DNA of 64,000 bases from Alloprevotella sp. (lineage in GTDB: Bacteria; Bacteroidota; Bacteroidia; Bacteroidales; Bacteroidaceae): positions 1,350 to 65,349 of the forward strand of contig JAZUDS010000055.1 of assembly GCA_045639805.1 (NCBI GenBank), written 5' to 3'. Below are positions 1-10,095 of this stretch, piece after piece. Every line of letters begins with the position of its first letter. Position 1 is the stretch's first letter. Position numbers and translations under genes: made by a program. Below the pieces are notes generated by a model. The model worked only from the letters and a program-made list of their open reading frames with translations. It did not search any database and was not told where the DNA came from.

Positions 1-1799
1 CAGCCGTCGGCGTGGGGCAGGATGCGCAGGGGCGTGGGCTCGGCACTGGAAGAGAGCGTGCAGGTGAGCTTGAAGGCCAAGGGGAGGTTGTTGGTGCCGT
101 CGTAGAGGCTGATGTTGTAGTTGTGGTCGGGATTGAAGAGCTCGCGCTGGGTGTTCATATCGCTGGGGGCCTCGCCGATGTGGGTGGGGAGGAGCATCCA
201 GCAAGCGTGGCCCAGAGAGTCGGCGGGTGTGGCGGTGCCCCAGCCGGCAATGCCTTGCGAGCCCGGCTCGTTGCAGTCCATCACGGTGCCGTCCTGCTTC
301 AGATAGAAGTACTTGGGCGCCTTGTCGGGGAACATCTGCTTGACGGTGTAGGCGGCCTCCGGGGTGGCCGTGGAGCCTGCGTTGCCGCCGTTGGTGAGGG
401 TGCCGAAGTAGTCGCCCGTGCCCGTCTGGATATAATAGGAGTCAGCCTTCTTGTCCTTGGCAATGAAGCGCACGAGCATGGCTGCACCCACCTCCGTGGG
501 CTCGCCGCCGATGACGAAGCGCGCGTTCTGCACCGTCTTGCCGAGGCCCGAGGAGTGGGCGGCGGAGTAGCGGCCGCAGTTGTAGAGCACATACCACTGG
601 CCTTCCTCCATGCTGGTGCAGGGGTGCATGATGTCGGCGGCGGCATAGAGGCCGCGCAGTTCCTCAAGGGGAGCGTCGGCGCTCAACACTACGTCGTCGT
701 TCTGCTTCGGCATGAAGAAGTTGGCAGCCTGGCCGCTGGAGAAGCCGTTCATGTTGGCAATGGTGTAGAAGCCGTTGCCGCCTCCGCTCCAGCCCATGTT
801 GAGGTGGAGCCGGCCCATGGAGTCGTAGCCGTCGGCCACGAAGGCGTGGTTGCCCTGGCCGTTGTTGCCGGTGAGCAGGATGGGATGGCCCTCGTCCAAC
901 TCGTCGTAGATACGCTGCTCAAAGGCCCCCAGGTCGTAGCCCGAGAACTCCGAGCGAACGCCCTCGAAGAAAGCGTTCACGCCATCCGTCACCGTGGAGG
1001 TGTAGGTGCCCGAGTTGCCCGGGGCATAGTACATCTCCGAGGCCACGCCACAAGCGTACATCAGGCGGGCCACCGCCATCTGCGCGGCATAGTTGGCGCT
1101 GCTGCTGTAGGTGGGCTTCATATTAGCCCAGTCCATAGGCATTGTGGCGAGGTTGGCCGTCACGTAGGCCATGTGGTAGGTGCCGTCCAGATAGAAGTAG
1201 CGCTTCTGGCCGCGGGCACGGGTGGGCACGCCGAACTTCTGGTTCATCGTGTAGAGAATCTGCGCCAGTGCCGTGGCCACGCAGCCGGAGGCCGAGCGGC
1301 GGTCCTCGCCGTTCTGGTAGAGCGTGGGGCACATCAGGTTGTAGGGCTCGCCCTGGTCCCACTTGCATTTCATCAATTCGGCCACACCGAAGGGATTATA
1401 CTGTGCCGTAGCACCGATAAACTGCGGCTCCGTGCCCGTCTCCGCGCAGTGTTGCAGGTAGGCATCGAGGGAGGCGACGTAGCCTTGGAAGTTAGCGTTC
1501 GCAGCGGCATCGGCGTAGTTGTCGGTGCTGTAGCCCATCACGGCGGGCAGGTTCGTGTCGCGGCTCACGAGAGCGAAGCCCCCGTCCTTGTAGCCCACGA
1601 TGCCCATCTGGCGGTGGCTGGCCAGCATAAGCATGCCAACGTGGTTCATAGCGCTGGCGGCCTGAACCTTCAGACGTCCCTGAGAGCCCATCACCTGAGC
1701 AGCAGCGTTAAACATTTCCTGTTGGCTCCGCTCGCGGGCCACACAGGGGGCGGCGACAAGGGCTGCGAGAGCCATGAGAAAGACTTTTTTGAGTGTCAT
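1..1799 (-). CDS. C10 family (streptopain/SpeB-like) cysteine peptidase, secreted; 3' end runs off the window
   Basis: Own translation from ATG 1799: signal peptide MTLKKVFLMALAALVAAPCVA, then KWDQGEPYN, SGCVATALAQ (catalytic Cys), HAFVADGYD (catalytic His), HLNMGWSG. The 599-aa + ORF in the track is its antisense shadow. Confidence 0.9.
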   Translation of the reverse strand, partial: MTLKKVFLMALAALVAAPCVARERSQQEMFNAAAQVMGSQGRLKVQAASAMNHVGMLMLASHRQMGIVGYKDGGFALVSRDTNLPAVMGYSTDNYADAAANANFQGYVASLDAYLQHCAETGTEPQFIGATAQYNPFGVAELMKCKWDQGEPYNLMCPTLYQNGEDRRSASGCVATALAQILYTMNQKFGVPTRARGQKRYFYLDGTYHMAYVTANLATMPMDWANMKPTYSSSANYAAQMAVARLMYACGVASEMYYAPGNSGTYTSTVTDGVNAFFEGVRSEFSGYDLGAFEQRIYDELDEGHPILLTGNNGQGNHAFVADGYDSMGRLHLNMGWSGGGNGFYTIANMNGFSSGQAANFFMPKQNDDVVLSADAPLEELRGLYAAADIMHPCTSMEEGQWYVLYNCGRYSAAHSSGLGKTVQNARFVIGGEPTEVGAAMLVRFIAKDKKADSYYIQTGTGDYFGTLTNGGNAGSTATPEAAYTVKQMFPDKAPKYFYLKQDGTVMDCNEPGSQGIAGWGTATPADSLGHACWMLLPTHIGEAPSDMNTQRELFNPDHNYNISLYDGTNNLPLAFKLTCTLSSSAEPTPLRILPHADG

Positions 1800-1827
1800 A
1801 ATGCTATATAATATATATAATGTGTGT

Positions 1828-1892
1828 GCAAAGTTACGAATAAGCGAGAGAAAAGCCAAGAAAAACATCGCTTTTCTTGGATTTTCCGAGCG
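1828..1892 (-). promoter_or_regulatory. Hairpin promoter cassette, copy A, upstream of the C10 peptidase
   Basis: Reverse complement CGCTCGGAAAA...TTTTCTCTCGCTTATTCGTAACTTTGC ends in a TAACTTTG -7 box; related copies at 13472, 31051, 31136 and 54262. Confidence 0.75.
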
Positions 1893-2079
1893 TTGGATAC
1901 TCGTGGCGTGGCCCAAAGCCGTGAATATGCGTGGAAAAATCAAAGCAAAGAGTAAAACAGACAGGCAGAAAGGCTTGTTGGAAAAGTCCTTGAAACGAAA
2001 AATAACGACTCATAAACGCGGGCTGTAATGGCTTTTGTTATCTGTTGTTGGCAAAAAATCAAAAAATATGCCGTAATAT

Positions 2080-2110
2080 TTTGCTGATATTAAATAAAGA
2101 TGTAAATTTG
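2080..2110 (+). promoter_or_regulatory. Bacteroidetes primary-sigma promoter (-33 TTTG / -7 TAAATTTG)
   Basis: TTTG at 2080-2083, 19-nt spacer, TAAATTTG at 2103-2110. Confidence 0.7.
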
Positions 2111-2139
2111 CGAGGTGAAAAATACAAATATCTTTGAAA

Positions 2140-2241
2140 ATGGAAGAACACAACACACATCTTGATCCCCAAGTGGAGCGCTTCTTGCAGTTGATGCACG
2201 TCCCCTTAGACAAAGTCGTAATAGAGGATGAGAAGGTTTAA
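2140..2241 (+). CDS. Putative 33-aa small protein (MEEHNTHLDPQVERFLQLMHVPLDKVVIEDEKV)
   Basis: ATG with A-rich leader ~30 nt after a consensus promoter; below the ORF-track length cutoff. Confidence 0.4.
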   Translation: MEEHNTHLDPQVERFLQLMHVPLDKVVIEDEKV

Positions 2242-2288
2242 AATGAAAATGTGATAACCTGTTAATAACTTTTTAAAATTTTACCGCT

Positions 2289-2756
2289 ATGTTAGAAAAA
2301 CTTAAGAAGTATTTAGGTGATGCTGCAATGCATTCACTTATGACCATCGTTTACTGCCTGTTCGTTGTGCCTTTTGCTCTTTGGGTAAAAGCCATTGAGC
2401 GTTTGGGCATTCAACGTGAGACCGGTGCTCTAAGCATTAGCAAGAGCCAGTCAAAGTGGCCGTTCCTCTCGTTCATTAAGGTGCTGTGCCTGGAATTCTC
2501 TTTTGATTTCTCCATTTTCGTCACCTATCCCATTGCAATCCTTGTATCGTTTGTTGGCGCTATAATCACGGCAAGTAAGGGAGGCTTTGCTGCAGGTGTC
2601 CTCTTTGGCTTAAGCACACTGATTGCGGCTTACTATTTGCCTGTATTATTCTCCGTAATGCGTGACTTCACTCAGCTCTTCTTCCTTTTTGTTACTAAGA
2701 TGGTATCCTGGCTTCGCAAGCCTGCTCAGTATTTTGACCTTAAAGTTAAGGGATAA
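2289..2756 (+). CDS. Hypothetical membrane protein
   Basis: 155-aa ORF with several hydrophobic segments, followed by a terminator. Confidence 0.75.
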   Translation: MLEKLKKYLGDAAMHSLMTIVYCLFVVPFALWVKAIERLGIQRETGALSISKSQSKWPFLSFIKVLCLEFSFDFSIFVTYPIAILVSFVGAIITASKGGFAAGVLFGLSTLIAAYYLPVLFSVMRDFTQLFFLFVTKMVSWLRKPAQYFDLKVKG

Positions 2757-2777
2757 GAATACAAAACCGATAATGTC

Positions 2778-2809
2778 GCCCGCCTCTTCAATTGAGGCGG
2801 GCATTTTTT
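2778..2809 (+). terminator. Intrinsic terminator
   Basis: GCCCGCCTC-loop-GAGGCGGGC followed by a T run. Confidence 0.8.
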
Positions 2810-2879
2810 ATGAAAGTGTAGGCTTTACTTTTTACGTATGATGGGGGAGATGGTGGCCACATTAGTAAGCGTAAAACAG

Positions 2880-2915
2880 AAAAACGACCGGTGGAAATAA
2901 CCAACGGCCGTTTTT
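2880..2915 (-). terminator. Probable (bidirectional) terminator after the M18 peptidase
   Basis: AAAAACGACCG...CGGCCGTTTTT inverted repeat. Confidence 0.55.
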
Positions 2916-2933
2916 ATAATTGATGGGGATATC

Positions 2934-4217
2934 TTATAGATTATAGAACGCGCGGAAGGCGCGGATGCAGTATTCGTGGTCGGCGCAGGAGCCCGTCTCG
3001 CGGCAGGAGTGCATGGCCCAGATGGGGTTGCCCATGTCCACGCCGCGGAGGGGGAGGGAAGAGGCGAGGATGTTGCCGAGAGTACTGCCGCCGGCTACGT
3101 CGCTGTGGTTGACGAAGCGCTGGCAGGGCACGCCAGCCTTCTCGCAGATGCTGGCGAAGACGGCGGCAGAGACGGCGTCGCTGGCGTACTTCTGGGCCGC
3201 ATTGAACTTGATGACGGGGCCGCCGCCCATCACGGGATGGTTGGTGGGGTCCATCTTCTCAGGATAGTTGGGGTGCCAGGCATGGGCGTTGTCGGCGCTA
3301 ATCATAAAGGCGTGTTCGACGGCACGGGCGTAGTCGTCGAAGGTGCCGCTCTGGAGCGTGACGATGCGCTGGAGAAGCGTGGCGAGGAAGGGAGAGCCTG
3401 CGCCCTGCTTGGTCTGCGAGCCCGTCTCCTCGTTGTCGAAGACGGCGAGAATCTGCGTGGTTTCGGGAGCGGTGTCGGCAGAGAGGAGCGCTTCGAGGCC
3501 GGCGTGTACCATAGAGAGGTCGTCGAGTCGGCCGCTGCTGATGAATTCGTCGTTGAGGCCGACGCGGGTGGCCGGCGTGGTGTCGTAGAGATAGAGGTCG
3601 AAGTCGAGGATGTCGGCGGTATCGCAGCCGATCTCGGCTGCGATGAGAGGGAGAAGCACGGGGACGCTCTTATCCATCTGGGCGGCGAGCACGGGGAGCA
3701 TGTCCTTCTGCTTGGAGAGTTTCACGCCGTCGTTCACCTGGCGGTTGAAATGGATGGCCAGGTTGGGGATGGTGAGCAAGGGGCGCTGGATGTGGAGGAG
3801 ACGTGTGGCGGGGTGCATCGGGTCGTCGGTACGCACGATGACGCGGCCGGCGAGGGAGAGAGGCCGGTCAAACCACGTGGAGAGGATAGGCCCGCCATAG
3901 ACCTCGGTGTTAAGGCGCACGACGCCACCCTCGCCGTGCATCTCTGCCGCGGGCTTGATGCGGAACGTGGGGGAGTCGCAATGGGCGCAAACGATGTGGA
4001 AACCGGCCTCGGCAAGCGGCTTGCTGCCTATGCGCAGGGCATAGAGCGAGGAATCGTTCTTGGTGAAATACACGGTGTCACCGGCCTTGAGAGCGGGCAT
4101 GGCGGCGGTGGCGTCAAGAGCGCGGAAGCCTGCTGCCTTCAGTCTATTGCGCAATGCCTCCACCGCCAAGAAGTTGACAGGGGAGGCATTGAGGAATTGT
4201 ATGAGAGACTGTATCAT
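2934..4217 (-). CDS. M18 family (aspartyl) aminopeptidase
   Basis: Motifs AHCDSP, GRLDDL, FDNEETGS, SADNAHA, AMHSCRE. Confidence 0.92.
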   Translation of the reverse strand: MIQSLIQFLNASPVNFLAVEALRNRLKAAGFRALDATAAMPALKAGDTVYFTKNDSSLYALRIGSKPLAEAGFHIVCAHCDSPTFRIKPAAEMHGEGGVVRLNTEVYGGPILSTWFDRPLSLAGRVIVRTDDPMHPATRLLHIQRPLLTIPNLAIHFNRQVNDGVKLSKQKDMLPVLAAQMDKSVPVLLPLIAAEIGCDTADILDFDLYLYDTTPATRVGLNDEFISSGRLDDLSMVHAGLEALLSADTAPETTQILAVFDNEETGSQTKQGAGSPFLATLLQRIVTLQSGTFDDYARAVEHAFMISADNAHAWHPNYPEKMDPTNHPVMGGGPVIKFNAAQKYASDAVSAAVFASICEKAGVPCQRFVNHSDVAGGSTLGNILASSLPLRGVDMGNPIWAMHSCRETGSCADHEYCIRAFRAFYNL

Positions 4218-4222
4218 AATAT

Positions 4223-5827
4223 TTACTTGATGTTAGGTTCTTCCAGTCCATAGCCCTTCTTCTTATCCACGGCCTTGAGGTAGACGCCGATGAAGAAGGC
4301 GGCCACGCCGAGGCAGGCGAGCATGACGAGGGGCCAGGTGTAGTCGTAGGCCACGGGGTCAGTGACGCCGGGGTTGGTCTTGTCGAGGACCTTACCGATG
4401 AGGAGAGGGAAGAGCCAGAGGCCGATGTTCTGAATCCAGAAGATAAGGGCGTAGGCAGAGCCGATAATCTTTTCGTCAACGAGCTTGGGCACGCTGGGCC
4501 AGAGGGCGGCGGGAACGAGAGAGAAGCTGGCACCGAGCACGAGGATGGTGATGTAGGCCACCATGATACCGCCGGCGGCAGAGCCCTTGAAGAGCGGCAG
4601 CACGAAGGCGAAGGTGAGGTGGCAGAGGATGAGGAGCAGGGAGCCAATCATCAGCATTGAGGCTGCCTTACCCTTGTGGTCCACGTAGCTTCCGAGGATG
4701 GGGGTGATGGCCACGGCCAGCAGGGGGAATACGGCGAAGACAGTCTCGGCGGAGCCGCGGCGGTAGCCCATGTAGCAATATACGACGAGGGCCACGATGG
4801 CGGTGAGCATAAGGCCATACTTCTTGGCCTTGTCCTTGGAGAAGTTGCTGGAGAAGGAGCAAACGGCCACGGCGAGCATGATGATGTACTGCACGATGGT
4901 GACGGTGTTGCTGGCCCAGAAACCTTCGCCGGGCGTGAGGGTGAGGTTGCACTGGAGCATGTTCACGGCATACTTCTGGAAGGGGAAGATGGCGCTGTAG
5001 TAGAGCACGCAGAGCAGAGCCACGAGCCAGAAGCCCTGGCTGGAGAGGATGCGGCCGATGTCGCTAACCTTGAAGGGGTCGTCCTTTTCTTCGGCCTCGC
5101 CGGTCTGGGCGTCGAGCTTCTTATCCATGAAGAAATAGACGATGCACATCATCAGGGCGATGCAGAGGAGCACCACGCCGAAGGCTACGGAGCGGCTGAC
5201 GCTGACATTGCCGCCGAGTTTGGCGAAGAAGGGCGAGAATATCATGCAGGTGGCCACGCCGAGACGAGCGAGGGCCATCTCTGAACCCATGGCGAGAGCC
5301 GTCTCGCGGCCCTTGAACCACTTCACGATGCCGCGGCTCACGGTGATGCCGGCCATCTCGCAGCCGCAACCGAAAATCATAAAGCCGACGGCTGCAAACT
5401 TGGCGCTGGCGGGCATACCTTCATAGAAGGGTGAGATGCCGAGTTCATCGAAGCCGGGGATGTAGTTGAGGTTGTTGGTGAACCAGGTCTCAAGGCCGCT
5501 GCCGATGAAGTAGTCGCTCACGGCGTAGTACTTGATGATACCGCCGCAGAGCATCACGGCACCGGAAAGGACGGCGGTGAAACGCACGCCCATTTTGTCG
5601 AGGATAATGCCGGCGAAGATGAGGAAGAAGACGAAGACGTTGAGGAATGTCTCAGAGCCCTGCATCGTACCGAAGGCGGTGCTGTCCCACCCACGCTGGG
5701 ACTGCATGAGGTCCTTGATGGGGGAGAGGATGTCCATGAAGATGTAGGAGCAGAACATTGCCAGCGCCAAGAGGAGGAGCGCTGTCCAGCGCATAGCCGC
5801 GCTGTCACGAAGAGTTGTCTTTTGCAT
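4223..5827 (-). CDS. MFS transporter
   Basis: 534 aa with many TM helices and MFS motif-A-like GIILDKMGVR and GSYVDHKGK. Confidence 0.88.
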   Translation of the reverse strand: MQKTTLRDSAAMRWTALLLLALAMFCSYIFMDILSPIKDLMQSQRGWDSTAFGTMQGSETFLNVFVFFLIFAGIILDKMGVRFTAVLSGAVMLCGGIIKYYAVSDYFIGSGLETWFTNNLNYIPGFDELGISPFYEGMPASAKFAAVGFMIFGCGCEMAGITVSRGIVKWFKGRETALAMGSEMALARLGVATCMIFSPFFAKLGGNVSVSRSVAFGVVLLCIALMMCIVYFFMDKKLDAQTGEAEEKDDPFKVSDIGRILSSQGFWLVALLCVLYYSAIFPFQKYAVNMLQCNLTLTPGEGFWASNTVTIVQYIIMLAVAVCSFSSNFSKDKAKKYGLMLTAIVALVVYCYMGYRRGSAETVFAVFPLLAVAITPILGSYVDHKGKAASMLMIGSLLLILCHLTFAFVLPLFKGSAAGGIMVAYITILVLGASFSLVPAALWPSVPKLVDEKIIGSAYALIFWIQNIGLWLFPLLIGKVLDKTNPGVTDPVAYDYTWPLVMLACLGVAAFFIGVYLKAVDKKKGYGLEEPNIK

Positions 5828-5912
5828 GTTATATAAGATTTTGAGATTATTCGGAGGGGAGGGAGGCTAGATGTTCTAGATTCTCTAGATGTTCTAGATT
5901 TTCTAGGTTGAA

Positions 5913-8120
5913 CTACTTTAAATACTTATCCAGGAAACGGAAGAATGTGCGCTGCCAGAGGATGCCGTTTTGGGGTTTGAGCACCCAGTGGTTCTCGTCG
6001 GGGAAGAGGAGGAGTTGGGCGTCGAGGCCGCGGAGGCGGGCAGCGTTGAAGGCCGATTCGGCGTGGGTGTATTCAATGCGGAAGTCCTTCTGGCCGTGGA
6101 TGCAGAGGATGGGCGTGTCCCAGTTCTGCACGTAGAGGTGGGGCGAAGTCTCGAAGGCCTTCTGCATCTGGCCTTTGGCGTTCTTGTACCAGGGGGCGGC
6201 GCCCATGTCCCAGTTGGGGAACCACATCTCTTCGGTCTCCACATACTGCTGCATGGTGTTGTAGATGCCGTCGTGGGCGATGAAAGCCTTGAACCGCTTA
6301 TCGTGGTTGCCGGCCAGCCAATAGACGCTGAAGCCGCCGAAGGAGGCACCCACGGCGCCGAGGTGGTCCTTATCCACGTAGGGCTCGTTGGCCACGTCAT
6401 CGATGGCAGCGAGGAGGTCCTGCATACACTGTCCCGTGTAGTCGCCGGAGATTTCTTCCAGCCACTCCATGCCGAAGCCGGGAAGGCCGCGGCGGTTGGG
6501 CGCTACGACGATATAACCGTTGGCGGCCATAATCTGCAAGTTCCAGCGGTAGGACCAGAACTGGCTCACAGGGCTCTGGGGGCCACCTTCGCAGAAGAGA
6601 AGGGTGGGGTACTTCTTGGCAGGGTCGAAGTGGGGCGGATAGACCACCCACGAGAGCATCTCTTTGCCGTCGGTGGTCTTTGTCCAGCGCTCCTTCACCT
6701 CTCCGAAGGCGAGGCGGGAGTATGTGGCGGCGTTGATGTCTGTCACGCGGGTCTCGCCGGCGGCGAGTCCTTGCTCCGTCAGGGACTGGCGGCTGCGGAC
6801 GTCGGCGGTGATGAGCATAGGTTGCTTGCCGCGGGCACGCTTGCCGTTGTATAATTTAATAAGGTAGAGTTCGTCGGCCTGGCTGAGGCTGTGGCGCTTG
6901 GCCCAGAGGTTCATGCCGTCGGCGGCGAGGGAGCAGAGGGAGTAGTCGCAGTAATCATCAGTGAGTTGCTCCACCTGTCCTTCCCTGTTGGTGGCGTAGA
7001 TATTGGTGCGGCCGTGCCATACAGCCGTGAAGAAGAGGCGCTGACCGTCGGGGCTCCAGAGGAAGTCCTCCACGCCGCTCTGGCGTCCTTCGCCGAGGTC
7101 CTCCGTCACGAAGGTGTGCTTGCCCGTGGCCACCTCCATGATGCAGAGGCGGGTGCGGTCGCTCTCGTAGCCGTCGCGGGCCATGGAGCGGAAGGCAATG
7201 TACTTGCCGTCGGGCGAGAAGGCGGGGTTGTCATCGTAGCCCGGGAAGGGCACGGCACCGAGGTTGGCGGGCTGGTCGGCCAGAGTGCGGGTAGGGTCGG
7301 CGTGTACGGCCATACGGTTGCTGGGCTGGTTGTCCTTGCAGAGGTTGCGCGTCTTACCCGTCGTGATGTCATAGAGGAATATGTCGGAGTCGGTGCTGAT
7401 GGCGTAGTCGCGGCCCGTCTTCTTGCGGCAGGTGTAGGCCACGGTGTTGCCGTCGGGGCTCCAGGCGAGTTGCTCCACGCCGCCGAAGGGCTCCATCGGA
7501 CTCTCGTAAGGTTCGCCTTCCAGCAGGTCGCACACGAGGCTGGCCTTGCCGCCTTCGATCTTATAGAGGAAGGGGTGGGGAGCCTTCATTACATAGTGGT
7601 CCCAGTGCTTATACATCAGGTCGTTGATGACCATGCCCGTAGCCTTGGGGAGGTCGGCCTCCTTGGCGGCTATGCTGGTGTTCTGGTCCACCTCCTTCAC
7701 GAGGATGACCTTCGTGCCGTCGGGTGAGAAGAGGAAATCGCCCACTTCACCTTCGGTCTCGGTGAGTTGCTGGCGACCGGTGCCGTCGGCCTGCATCACC
7801 CACACCTCGCCGCCCGAGAGGAAGGCGATACGTCCGTCGGGGAGATAGGTGGCGCTGCTCTCGCTCTTGTCGTCGGCGGTCAGGCAGCGGGCTTGGTTGT
7901 TGCCGAGGTCCAGAAGGTAGAGGGCCGTGCGGCTGTTGTTCTTTTCCTTTGAATAGTACGACACGGCATACACGCCCTGCGTCCCGTCGGGCGAGGCGCA
8001 GAAGCTTCCCATGCGTCCCATGGCCCAAAGGTCTTCGGGGGTCATAAGGTCGTTGTTGCCTGCCATAGTAAAGTTAAAAGTGAAAAGAGAAATAATTAAA
8101 AAAATAACAGTTTTGCGCAT
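5913..8120 (-). CDS. S9 family serine peptidase (dipeptidyl peptidase 5-like) with beta-propeller
   Basis: Signal peptide, repeated SPDG motifs, GGPQS, GASFGG nucleophile, HGQKDFR, FPDENHWVL. Confidence 0.92.
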   Translation of the reverse strand: MRKTVIFLIISLFTFNFTMAGNNDLMTPEDLWAMGRMGSFCASPDGTQGVYAVSYYSKEKNNSRTALYLLDLGNNQARCLTADDKSESSATYLPDGRIAFLSGGEVWVMQADGTGRQQLTETEGEVGDFLFSPDGTKVILVKEVDQNTSIAAKEADLPKATGMVINDLMYKHWDHYVMKAPHPFLYKIEGGKASLVCDLLEGEPYESPMEPFGGVEQLAWSPDGNTVAYTCRKKTGRDYAISTDSDIFLYDITTGKTRNLCKDNQPSNRMAVHADPTRTLADQPANLGAVPFPGYDDNPAFSPDGKYIAFRSMARDGYESDRTRLCIMEVATGKHTFVTEDLGEGRQSGVEDFLWSPDGQRLFFTAVWHGRTNIYATNREGQVEQLTDDYCDYSLCSLAADGMNLWAKRHSLSQADELYLIKLYNGKRARGKQPMLITADVRSRQSLTEQGLAAGETRVTDINAATYSRLAFGEVKERWTKTTDGKEMLSWVVYPPHFDPAKKYPTLLFCEGGPQSPVSQFWSYRWNLQIMAANGYIVVAPNRRGLPGFGMEWLEEISGDYTGQCMQDLLAAIDDVANEPYVDKDHLGAVGASFGGFSVYWLAGNHDKRFKAFIAHDGIYNTMQQYVETEEMWFPNWDMGAAPWYKNAKGQMQKAFETSPHLYVQNWDTPILCIHGQKDFRIEYTHAESAFNAARLRGLDAQLLLFPDENHWVLKPQNGILWQRTFFRFLDKYLK

Positions 8121-8160
8121 AGTCTTCTTTGGGCAGCCTCACTGCCCTCATTCCAGATTC

Positions 8161-10095
8161 TTACTTTTTATATCGTGCCTGCTTTTCTTCCAGCATCTTT
8201 TGCTGCTGTTCCTGCAGAGCGGCAAGACGGGCGGCAAAGCCGGTGGGCTTCTTGTTGGGATCCTGCTTGTTGCGGCGGTAGTTCTCTTCCAGTTTCTCCA
8301 GAAGTTTGGCGTCGTCGGTGGTGGCGCGGAGGTACCACATCGTGATGGCAGAGAAGAGGAGGGAGATGAAGTAGTAGAAGTTCAGGCCGGCGCTGTACTT
8401 ATTGAACATGAAGAAGAAAATCACGGGCATCAGGTACATCATCCACTGCATCATCTTCATCTGCTGGGCCTGTTCGGGAGCCATAGCCATGGTGTCGCGT
8501 TGCTGGCGCATCGTCAGGTAACTGTAAAGCACATTGGTGGCGCAGAACAGGAGGCAGAAGAGACTCAGGTGGTTGCCTATGAGGGGCAGGTCGGTGCTCC
8601 AGCTCAACAAGGAGTCGTAGGTGCTGAGGTCCTCGGCCCACAGGAGCGACTGCTGGCGCATCTCAATGGCGTTAGGCACGAAGTTGAACATGGCAATCCA
8701 GATAGGCATCTGTATGAGCATAGGCAGACAGCCGCCCATGGGGCTCACGCCGTACTGCGACTGCAGGGCCATCATCTCTTGCTGGCGTTTCATGGCGTCC
8801 TCCTGGTTGGGATATTTCTTCGTAATCTCGTCCATCTTGGGCTTCAGCACGCGCATCTTGGCGCTGCTGAGGAAGCTCTTCTTCGTGGGGCCATACACGA
8901 TGATGCGGAGCAACAGCGTGATGAGCAGCAGCACGATGCCCATGGGCAGACCCATCTTCGTCAGGAAGTCAAACACGTAGAGCGTGAAGAAACGGTTGAT
9001 CCAGCGCACCAGCGGCCAGCCCAGGTACACCAGTTCCTGCAGTTCCATTTCGTTCTCGGTGATGCGCACGTCCTCCATCTTCTGGAGCAGGCGGTAGTTG
9101 TTGGGGCCGAAATAGAATTGCAGTTTCGTGGCTTCTTTTCCGGTGGCGTCGAAGGCCACTTCGGCCTCGGCTTCGTAGTTCTTCAGGTAGCCGCTGCCTT
9201 CTTCCTCGGGCGTCACTTTCATGCGGGTGCTCTGCAGGGGCTTGCCGCCGATGATGACGGCGGAGAAGTACTGGTTCTTGAAGGCCATCCAATCTACGGG
9301 CTTCTCGGGCTGTGCCTCTTCTTCCTTTCGCTCGCCGAGTTTCTCGGTGTCGTCGTCGCTGCGGTAGGTCAGCGTGGAGTACATATTCTCAAAGTAGAAG
9401 CCTTTCTCCTGCTGGCGTACGCGGTCCTGTGCCATGAGGCTTATGCTGCGCGTCTTGGCAGAGAATGTGTCAGCCATGCCGTGAGCCTGAATGGTGAGGT
9501 TGAGCATGTAGTTGTCCTTCAGCAGCGCATAGGTGTAGTCAATGCCTTTCTGCTCCGTGCCGAGGCGCAGGGTCACGGTGGTGTCGGTCTGTTCCACTAC
9601 GGCGAAGCTGAAGTCGCTGCCCGTCAGGTTCTGCTCCTTCGTTTCGTAGAGCAGGTCGAACTTGGCCGTTTCCTTGTCGAAGAGCACGAGGGGGGCGTCT
9701 TTCTTGGCGGCAAAGTTGTCGTAGCTCTTGTATTCAGCGAGCTTGACCACCGCGGGCATACCGCCCTGAAGGTCTATCTCTACCGTCACCTTGCCGTTCT
9801 TGAGCACGACGGGAGCGGTCTGGGCCGTAGTCTTGGCCAGAGGCGTGCCGTTGGAGGCCACGCGGTTGGCGGCGAAGAGCGCCGTAGTGTCGGCGGCCAC
9901 GGAGTCGGCCTTTTGGAGTGCGGCAATGCTGTCGCTCGCAGCCTTTTTCTTGGCTTGTGCCTGCTCTACGAGAGCAATACTGTCCTGACGTGCCTGTTCT
10001 GCGGCCTGCTCTGTGTAGCTCGATTGGTTATAATACGAAAAGCCAAACAGCAGAACAGCGATGAGAATTAAACCTGTGATTGTATTTTTGTCCAT
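8161..10095 (-). CDS. yidC: Membrane protein insertase YidC
   Basis: MDKNTITGLILI N-terminus, YFGPN, LGWP, GGCLPMLIQMPIWIAMF, LWAEDLS, AGLNFYY. Confidence 0.95.
   Translation of the reverse strand: MDKNTITGLILIAVLLFGFSYYNQSSYTEQAAEQARQDSIALVEQAQAKKKAASDSIAALQKADSVAADTTALFAANRVASNGTPLAKTTAQTAPVVLKNGKVTVEIDLQGGMPAVVKLAEYKSYDNFAAKKDAPLVLFDKETAKFDLLYETKEQNLTGSDFSFAVVEQTDTTVTLRLGTEQKGIDYTYALLKDNYMLNLTIQAHGMADTFSAKTRSISLMAQDRVRQQEKGFYFENMYSTLTYRSDDDTEKLGERKEEEAQPEKPVDWMAFKNQYFSAVIIGGKPLQSTRMKVTPEEEGSGYLKNYEAEAEVAFDATGKEATKLQFYFGPNNYRLLQKMEDVRITENEMELQELVYLGWPLVRWINRFFTLYVFDFLTKMGLPMGIVLLLITLLLRIIVYGPTKKSFLSSAKMRVLKPKMDEITKKYPNQEDAMKRQQEMMALQSQYGVSPMGGCLPMLIQMPIWIAMFNFVPNAIEMRQQSLLWAEDLSTYDSLLSWSTDLPLIGNHLSLFCLLFCATNVLYSYLTMRQQRDTMAMAPEQAQQMKMMQWMMYLMPVIFFFMFNKYSAGLNFYYFISLLFSAITMWYLRATTDDAKLLEKLEENYRRNKQDPNKKPTGFAARLAALQEQQQKMLEEKQARYKK

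Noticed and set aside
12-1811. 599-aa plus-strand ORF, and similar long ORFs at 8011-10071, 21557-23209, 51485-52978 and 59920-61770
   Set aside because: Antisense shadows of real genes caused by GC-rich codon bias; they carry no motifs while the opposite strand has clear family signatures.
5867-5907. Short 7-9 bp microsatellites (CTAGATGTT here, TTTCATCG near 56440, AAAGTGA near 62490)
   Set aside because: Low-complexity intergenic repeats with no evidence of function in this window.
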